In this document: positions 58,527 to 64,000 of the stretch, in pieces
Layout: every line of letters starts with the position of its first letter
Position numbering within the stretch: the first letter of the stretch is position 1
Source: Patescibacteria group bacterium
GTDB taxonomy: Bacteria; Patescibacteriota; Patescibacteriia; Magasanikbacterales; GWA2-37-8
Length of the DNA stretch: 64,000 bases
NCBI GenBank assembly: GCA_041649475.1
Contig: JBAZNA010000001.1
Location: 686,594 to 750,593, forward strand
Direction of reading: 5' to 3'
Position numbers and translations under genes: made by a program
Notes under the pieces: generated by a model
Databases searched by the model: none
Told to the model about the DNA's origin: nothing
What the model saw: only the letters and a program-made list of their open reading frames with translations

Positions 58527-58640
58527 TTAAACTGGCCCCCACGGAGAGCCGATCTCCGCGGCCACCACAATCAATCCGGAAAGAACAGACAGAACTCTGG
58601 CTTCTTTATTTGTCAAAATTTCTTTGATAACTTTATTCAT
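58527..58640 (-). CDS. 37-aa ComX-like precursor peptide MNKVIKEILTNKEARVLSVLSGLIVVAAEIGSPWGPV (not in the ORF track)
   Basis: ATG-to-TAA ORF translated by hand, co-oriented between regulator and kinase, single Trp 4th from the C-terminus. Confidence 0.75.
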   Translation of the reverse strand: MNKVIKEILTNKEARVLSVLSGLIVVAAEIGSPWGPV

Positions 58641-58703
58641 ATATTTATTTTAAGATTTCTTATTTGTCGGTCCTCCGACCTTTACAAAAAGACCCTCCTT
58701 ACT

Positions 58704-59369
58704 CTATTCAATTTTATAACCGCGGCCGGGTATGGTTTGAATAAATTCGCGAATGCCTCGGTGTTTTATTTTTTTACGCAAATTAAGAATATGTGATTCA
58801 ATCGTATTGGAAAAAGGATCAGCGTCCATATCCCAGACATGTTCAAGAATCATACCTCTGGAGACCACAACACCTTTGTTCTTCATTAAATATTCCAAAA
58901 GCATAAACTCCTTACGGGTAAGATATACTTCCTTTTTTCCAACTAACACTTTACTAGCGGCAAAATCCAGAGTCAAATCGCGAATTCTGACTATTTGATC
59001 TTCAATCACTTTGGGCCGACGAAGTAACGCTTTAATTCTGGCTAATAGCTCTTTGAAAGAAAATGGTTTGGTCAGATAATCATCAGCTCCCAAATTTAAA
59101 AGTTCAACTTTCTTGTTCGTTTCACTAACTACCGAGAGCATAATAATGGGTACCTGTTTTTTGGCTATCCTGATATGTTTACAAACTTCCGCGCCACTGC
59201 GTTTTGGCAGCATGTTATCCAAAATTATCAAATCATAATCGTTTGTACAACCAAGCATCATGCCTTTCTGTCCATCTGCGGCAACATCAACCGCGAAACA
59301 CTCCGATTCCAGCGAATCCTTTAAAGAGTCGGCCAAATCTTTTTCATCTTCAATGATAAGAATTTTCAT
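58704..59369 (-). CDS. OmpR/PhoB family response regulator
   Basis: IIEDE, ILDNMLP, GADDYLTKPF, LTRKEF, IQTIPGRGY winged helix. Confidence 0.95.
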   Translation of the reverse strand: MKILIIEDEKDLADSLKDSLESECFAVDVAADGQKGMMLGCTNDYDLIILDNMLPKRSGAEVCKHIRIAKKQVPIIMLSVVSETNKKVELLNLGADDYLTKPFSFKELLARIKALLRRPKVIEDQIVRIRDLTLDFAASKVLVGKKEVYLTRKEFMLLEYLMKNKGVVVSRGMILEHVWDMDADPFSNTIESHILNLRKKIKHRGIREFIQTIPGRGYKIE

Positions 59370-59398
59370 ATGTATGTATAATTTTAATAACTGGTCCT

Positions 59399-59453
59399 AT
59401 TATAATTCAACCTACCTTATCAAAAGATAAAGAAAAGATAAAATCCTGATAAA
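59399..59453 (-). promoter_or_regulatory. TATAAT -10 with three upstream TTTATC direct repeats at 11-bp spacing
   Basis: GATAAA at 59426, 59437, 59448 on the plus strand; -10 at 59399-59404. Confidence 0.6.
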
Positions 59454-59472
59454 ATCCAAAATTTAAGAAGAT

Positions 59473-60663
59473 TTACACGGTTTTCACCGCTTTTTCCAAC
59501 CTCCTCCGGAACCTATTTTCGTTTATTTTGTCCGCAAAAATCACAGTGAGGCCGGCCACAATACTTTCGGTTGAACCGATGACAGCCAGAATCCAGCCAT
59601 TGTGCATCAAACCCAGCAAGGATCCGATCATACCCATAATCGGGGCCATTGCCACGCCGATCAAGAGCCCCAGCCGGGCCGGGTTGGTAAAATCTTGGAT
59701 AAGCGCCATTTTGGTAATGTCCCAATTTTTGGCCATGACAACTTTTTGATTGTGGATTAATTTTTTTAAATTTTTTCTATACATGAAAATTGACTGAATG
59801 GCTGTGGTCAAGGACAACGCCACGGCAGACAAACCAAACACCACCCCGCCCCACACTACATGGCCGCTGACAATCAATTCTTCCACAGAAAACGCACCAT
59901 AAGCGGCCAAAACAAACACCGGAACCAAAATCCAAGACCGCTTGGCCAACTGTATCCATTTAAAACCCGAACCGCGCAAAGCCGTGAGTTCCGCGGCCTC
60001 GCCCAATAAATCATCGGCTGAAGCGGCAAACAGCTTGCCAATCCCCTTCACCCACAGTTCTAAAACATGCGCGATTGGACCGATAATTAATAATATTTTT
60101 ATAATTTCTTGAGCAACCCGGGTTCTTTCTCTGGCATTATCGGCGATAACTCTAAACACGCTGTAATCCACTGCCAGCGGATAAATCAATTCCGAAAGTT
60201 CGGACATCAGTTGTTGTTCGGTTGCCGAGATGCCGATATTTTCTTCGTCAATTAAAACCAAGCGCTTAAAACGCAAACGGTCTTTTAAAATTGTTTCCAC
60301 GGCCTTGTCCAAATCCTCGTTGTGCTTGTTGGCTTCGGCTTGATCTTCAGCCGTGATTATCGGTTGATGTTTATCTTTTAAAAGTTTCGGCAGCCAGGTG
60401 ACAATATAGTTGCCTTGGCTGTGAACACTGATGGTGTGGATCGCTTTTAAAATATTTTCCGGCGTGCGCAGAACCGTTCGCACCCCGATGGCTTTGCCTT
60501 GAGATAAAATCGCCCTTATCTTTTCTTTATACTCCGGATATTTTGAAAAAATATATTGAATCTCAATCGGCAGTTGTTTTACAAAATCACACTCTTCGGG
60601 TAGGGATATAACATCCATTTTATATGTACCAATGGGCGAAAACTGGTGTTTTGTTTTGGACAT
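59473..60663 (-). CDS. Hypothetical membrane protein
   Basis: Soluble N-half, several TM helices in the C-half; no recognised motif. Confidence 0.7.
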   Translation of the reverse strand: MSKTKHQFSPIGTYKMDVISLPEECDFVKQLPIEIQYIFSKYPEYKEKIRAILSQGKAIGVRTVLRTPENILKAIHTISVHSQGNYIVTWLPKLLKDKHQPIITAEDQAEANKHNEDLDKAVETILKDRLRFKRLVLIDEENIGISATEQQLMSELSELIYPLAVDYSVFRVIADNARERTRVAQEIIKILLIIGPIAHVLELWVKGIGKLFAASADDLLGEAAELTALRGSGFKWIQLAKRSWILVPVFVLAAYGAFSVEELIVSGHVVWGGVVFGLSAVALSLTTAIQSIFMYRKNLKKLIHNQKVVMAKNWDITKMALIQDFTNPARLGLLIGVAMAPIMGMIGSLLGLMHNGWILAVIGSTESIVAGLTVIFADKINENRFRRRLEKAVKTV

Positions 60664-60684
60664 AAATTATTAATTCTGTTTATC

Positions 60685-60747
60685 AGAGATTGATGAAACG
60701 TTTTTCGCCAAGCTATCGCTAGTGCTCAAAACATTTCATCAATCTCT
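60685..60747. repeat. Long intergenic inverted repeat (about 20-bp arms)
   Basis: AGAGATTGATGAAACGTTTT ... AAAACATTTCATCAATCTCT. Confidence 0.75.
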
Positions 60748-60760
60748 TCTAAAACAAACC

Positions 60761-61843
60761 TTAAATATGCAATAACGTATTATCCCCCAAAATCATCTTA
60801 TGAAGACCCCCTGCTCTATCTATAATTGTTACTCCTGAACCGAAGATACTATTATCTATTTTTACCGGGGAATCAATAGTGCATCTGTTTAGTAAAATAG
60901 AATTTCCGATTTCAACTTTTTTTATAATACTGCCGGCGCCAATGGTGGTGTTCGGATTTATAATACAATCTTCAAGCGTGCAATTCTCACCGATGATGGC
61001 CGGCCCGATAATTTTAACATTTTTATTTGCGGTTGTCCCCACGCCGATTCGCACCTTGCCGGTGATACTGGCGCCGCTTTCAACCGTGCCTTCTATTTTA
61101 AACATTTCCGTTGGCGTTTCATCCAGAAGTAATTTATTGGCCACAATCAAATCATCCGGCTTGCCGGTGTCTTTCCACCAGCCGGTGATTTCTTTGTGCC
61201 CCACTTTATAATCATTTTTTAACAAATATGAATGGATATCGGAAATTTCATATTCACCGCGCGGACTTTTCTGAATATGATCATAGGCCTTAAAAAATAA
61301 TTTCGGCCCGTAGAGATAAATTCCGGTAACCGCGAAACTATTAGCCGGATTTTGCGGTTTTTCTATCACGTCAACCAATTTGCCGCTCCCATCAAAAACC
61401 GGCACCCCAAACCTTTCTGGATCCGGCACCTTTGACAAGGCCAGCATGCTGTCGTGATTATTTGTGGCGAATTCCTCAATAAAATCTTTCAAACTGCCTA
61501 AAATAATATTATCGGAAAGATAAAACATAAACGGATCGTCGCCGATAAACTTTTCCGCCTGTTTCACCACGTTGGCTATGCCCTGCGGCCCGCCCTCTTG
61601 TTCAAAAAATTTAATCTTTATCCCCCAATGACCGCCGTCGCCAATCGCTTTGGCCAAATCAGTATCGCCCGGGTTGGTGTTGATAAAAATCTCTTCAATG
61701 CCGGCCTCAACCACTTTTTCTATGGCATGAAAAATCATCGGCTTGTTGGCCAAGGGAATCAGGTGTTTATTTATGGTGGAGGTTACCGGTCGCAGTCGCG
61801 TGGCTCGTCCCCCGCCGGTTAAAATTGCTTTTTTGATTTTCAT
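60761..61843 (-). CDS. rfbA: Glucose-1-phosphate thymidylyltransferase, long form
   Basis: GGRATRLRP, KHLIPLANKP, EKP, AVTGIYLY, RGEYEISD, WWKDTG, hexapeptide tail. Confidence 0.88.
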   Translation of the reverse strand: MKIKKAILTGGGRATRLRPVTSTINKHLIPLANKPMIFHAIEKVVEAGIEEIFINTNPGDTDLAKAIGDGGHWGIKIKFFEQEGGPQGIANVVKQAEKFIGDDPFMFYLSDNIILGSLKDFIEEFATNNHDSMLALSKVPDPERFGVPVFDGSGKLVDVIEKPQNPANSFAVTGIYLYGPKLFFKAYDHIQKSPRGEYEISDIHSYLLKNDYKVGHKEITGWWKDTGKPDDLIVANKLLLDETPTEMFKIEGTVESGASITGKVRIGVGTTANKNVKIIGPAIIGENCTLEDCIINPNTTIGAGSIIKKVEIGNSILLNRCTIDSPVKIDNSIFGSGVTIIDRAGGLHKMILGDNTLLHI

Positions 61844-61863
61844 ACAATAAATAACGCCTTAGC

Positions 61864-62964
61864 TTACCAGAAAATTATAATTTTGACAAGGGCAAAGTAG
61901 GCGGTCATCAGCGGGTTGGCAATATATTTCAAGAGTGGACTATCAATGCTCTTTTCCTCAAAAATCACCTTGCTCACCGCGCTTTTAAGCAATACCTTAT
62001 CTGATACCATGCGAATACCCTGGATATAGTTTCTTTTTAACAGCCAAATTTTCCAATTGTGCGGCTGGAGCCAGTATTTATACACTTCCAGCCGGGTTTT
62101 AAACCAACCGTTCATTATTGAGAAAAATATCAAACCAAGCTCCATTATCAAAGCCATCGGCAAAAGTAGTATCAGAGTCGGCCATTTAAAATACATCAGC
62201 ATCAGCGCGTAGCGATTTCGTTCCATATAATAAAACTTGTCCTTACTGCGGCTGAACTGATATTTGTGATAAAAAACCGCGTCGGAAACCATAACTGTTT
62301 TGTAGCCAACGGCCTTCATGCGCAATGAGTATTCAAGGTCTTCGTGATAGAGAAAAAATTCTGATGTCCACGGACCGTATTTTTTCAGTAGCGGCATTCT
62401 CATCAAAAGCGACGCTCCGCTGGCATAGCCGACTTTGGTAATCGGTCCTAACTTCAAATCGGATTTCTTTTTTCTAAAATTCGCGCAGTAGCCAAATCCC
62501 AAATAATGAAAAGCATTGCCGGCACTATTTATCAGCTCCGTTTCCGGATAAAGCATTATTAAAGATTGAGTCGCGCCGATTTCTTGGTCTGTTTCCATGG
62601 CCTCAACCAATTTTTCCAAACAATCCGCGGCCATAAAGCCGTCATTGTTGTGAAAATACACATAATCAAAATTGTTATCCATGGCCCAGCGTATGCCAAC
62701 GTTATTGCCGCCAGCAAAACCCAAATTTTCTTTTTGCGGCAGAAGTGTGACATGGGGTATGGAGGTTCCGGATAATGGCAAAACCTTTTCCTGAATAACC
62801 CTTAGCGATGACCCCTGCTCCGGATGCGGATTGTCAACAATAATAAATTCAACCTTGTCTTTCGGATAAGTCATTTTCTGTAAAGATGAAATCACATCAT
62901 CTAAATATCTCTCACTGTCAAAAGAAAGATAAATTATTGCGACTTTTGGAAAATTTTCCACCAT
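61864..62964 (-). CDS. Glycosyltransferase family 2
   Basis: IVDN, NLGFAGGNN, NND, FFLYHEDLE. Confidence 0.9.
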   Translation of the reverse strand: MVENFPKVAIIYLSFDSERYLDDVISSLQKMTYPKDKVEFIIVDNPHPEQGSSLRVIQEKVLPLSGTSIPHVTLLPQKENLGFAGGNNVGIRWAMDNNFDYVYFHNNDGFMAADCLEKLVEAMETDQEIGATQSLIMLYPETELINSAGNAFHYLGFGYCANFRKKKSDLKLGPITKVGYASGASLLMRMPLLKKYGPWTSEFFLYHEDLEYSLRMKAVGYKTVMVSDAVFYHKYQFSRSKDKFYYMERNRYALMLMYFKWPTLILLLPMALIMELGLIFFSIMNGWFKTRLEVYKYWLQPHNWKIWLLKRNYIQGIRMVSDKVLLKSAVSKVIFEEKSIDSPLLKYIANPLMTAYFALVKIIIFW

Positions 62965-62967
62965 AAA

Positions 62968-63807
62968 TTAAACGCTAAAATATTTATGACTGCCCCGCCA
63001 CTTCCACATATATTTCAGCCAGCTGACCGCATGCGTTCTGGCTAATTTATTTTTGAAAAATCCGTTTATCAAACCGGGCACCTTTGCCGACTCTCTGGCA
63101 TGGGCATGCAGGATAATTATATCGTGAATATAATAAACAGGCCAACCCATTTCCCACATTGTCCGGCACCAATCGCAATCTTCCATATACATAAAATACC
63201 GGCCGTCAAACCAGCCAACCTGGTCAACAACATCTTTTCTAACCAACATGGCCGAACCCTGCACCCAATCAACCGGCCGGGTTTCATTATGATCAAAGTC
63301 CTTCATCAACAACCTGTCGGCATATTTTTTTATCCATTTATATTTTCTGTCCCAATCAATATGTTTAAGTGGTTTTATCATTATGGCCGGCAAATCAAAG
63401 CGATAGCAGGAAAATTGTAATGTCCAATCCGGATTAAGCAGTTTTGGCCCGATACAGCCGATTTTGGGATGTTCATCCATAAATTTAATCATGCGCTCAA
63501 TTGTTTTTGTGCTTTCCGGCACCCTGGCATCCGGATTTAAAACAAAATAATATCTGGCCGGGACTTCGGCAAATGCTTTGGTATTACCCCTGCCGAATCC
63601 GACATTGCCGCCGCAATCAAGATATTTAACTTGCGGAAATTTTTCCGCCAGAGCTTCTTTGAGGCCGTCTTTATTTTCCGAATTATCGGCAACGGTTATT
63701 TGAATGTCAAAAGCAGTGCCGCTTATATCCTTAAAAATTGTATCTAAAGCGGTTAGAACATCATCTTTGGACAAGTAATTGAGCAGAACTAAATGTAAAT
63801 CCTTCAT
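62968..63807 (-). CDS. Glycosyltransferase family 2 (WbbL/rhamnosyltransferase-like)
   Basis: ADNS, NVGFGRGN, LNPD, DWVQGS, YFMYMEDCDWC. Confidence 0.9.
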   Translation of the reverse strand: MKDLHLVLLNYLSKDDVLTALDTIFKDISGTAFDIQITVADNSENKDGLKEALAEKFPQVKYLDCGGNVGFGRGNTKAFAEVPARYYFVLNPDARVPESTKTIERMIKFMDEHPKIGCIGPKLLNPDWTLQFSCYRFDLPAIMIKPLKHIDWDRKYKWIKKYADRLLMKDFDHNETRPVDWVQGSAMLVRKDVVDQVGWFDGRYFMYMEDCDWCRTMWEMGWPVYYIHDIIILHAHARESAKVPGLINGFFKNKLARTHAVSWLKYMWKWRGSHKYFSV

Positions 63808-64000
63808 ACCTTTCTATTTTTTCTAATCCAGGCGCGCTTTCTGGCCAACTCATGCCTATCGCGCCATATTTGACCAAGCCCGGACAAAACCTTGCGGTCA
63901 TATATTAAAAACCAGACAAACTTCTTGAATTCATACCATAAAATGGCCAAAAAATCAAGAGTATGGTTCTGCTTGGAGATACTTTTATACAAGGTCATTA
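63804..64000 (-). CDS. C-terminal part of a probable glycosyltransferase (runs off the window)
   Basis: Open frame to the window edge, stop overlaps the next start; function from context only. Confidence 0.5.
   Translation of the reverse strand, partial: MTLYKSISKQNHTLDFLAILWYEFKKFVWFLIYDRKVLSGLGQIWRDRHELARKRAWIRKNRKV

Overview
Chromosomal segment of a low-GC, gene-dense bacterium using genetic code 11. Gene content and the AT-rich, mostly SD-less gene starts suggest a Patescibacteria/CPR (Parcubacteria-like) genome; this taxonomy is an inference. The window holds housekeeping genes (valS, rpoD, dnaG, murE, murG, ftsEX, cca, pilT, htrA), five tRNAs, a Zn ABC transporter, two MacAB-type export operons, two ECF sigma factors, an AT-rich island with an MvaI/BcnI-type restriction-modification pair, and the start of a surface-polysaccharide cluster. 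The top finding is at 55261-59453 (minus strand): an OmpR-family response regulator, an unannotated 37-aa ORF ending in ...GSPWGPV, a membrane histidine kinase, and a 579-aa enzyme with a ComQ-like prenyltransferase domain fused to a terpene-cyclase-like domain. Together these look like a ComQXPA-like prenylated-peptide quorum-sensing/RiPP system, with 11-bp-phased repeats upstream that could be an autoregulatory site. Other candidates are two promoter-driven structured non-coding RNAs (31150-31241 and 38330-38590), a recurring intergenic operator-like motif (A)GATAAGTATGA, a tandem GGDEF/palm-like protein, and scattered GC-rich single-gene cassettes. All calls come from reading motifs by eye; no database searches were run.
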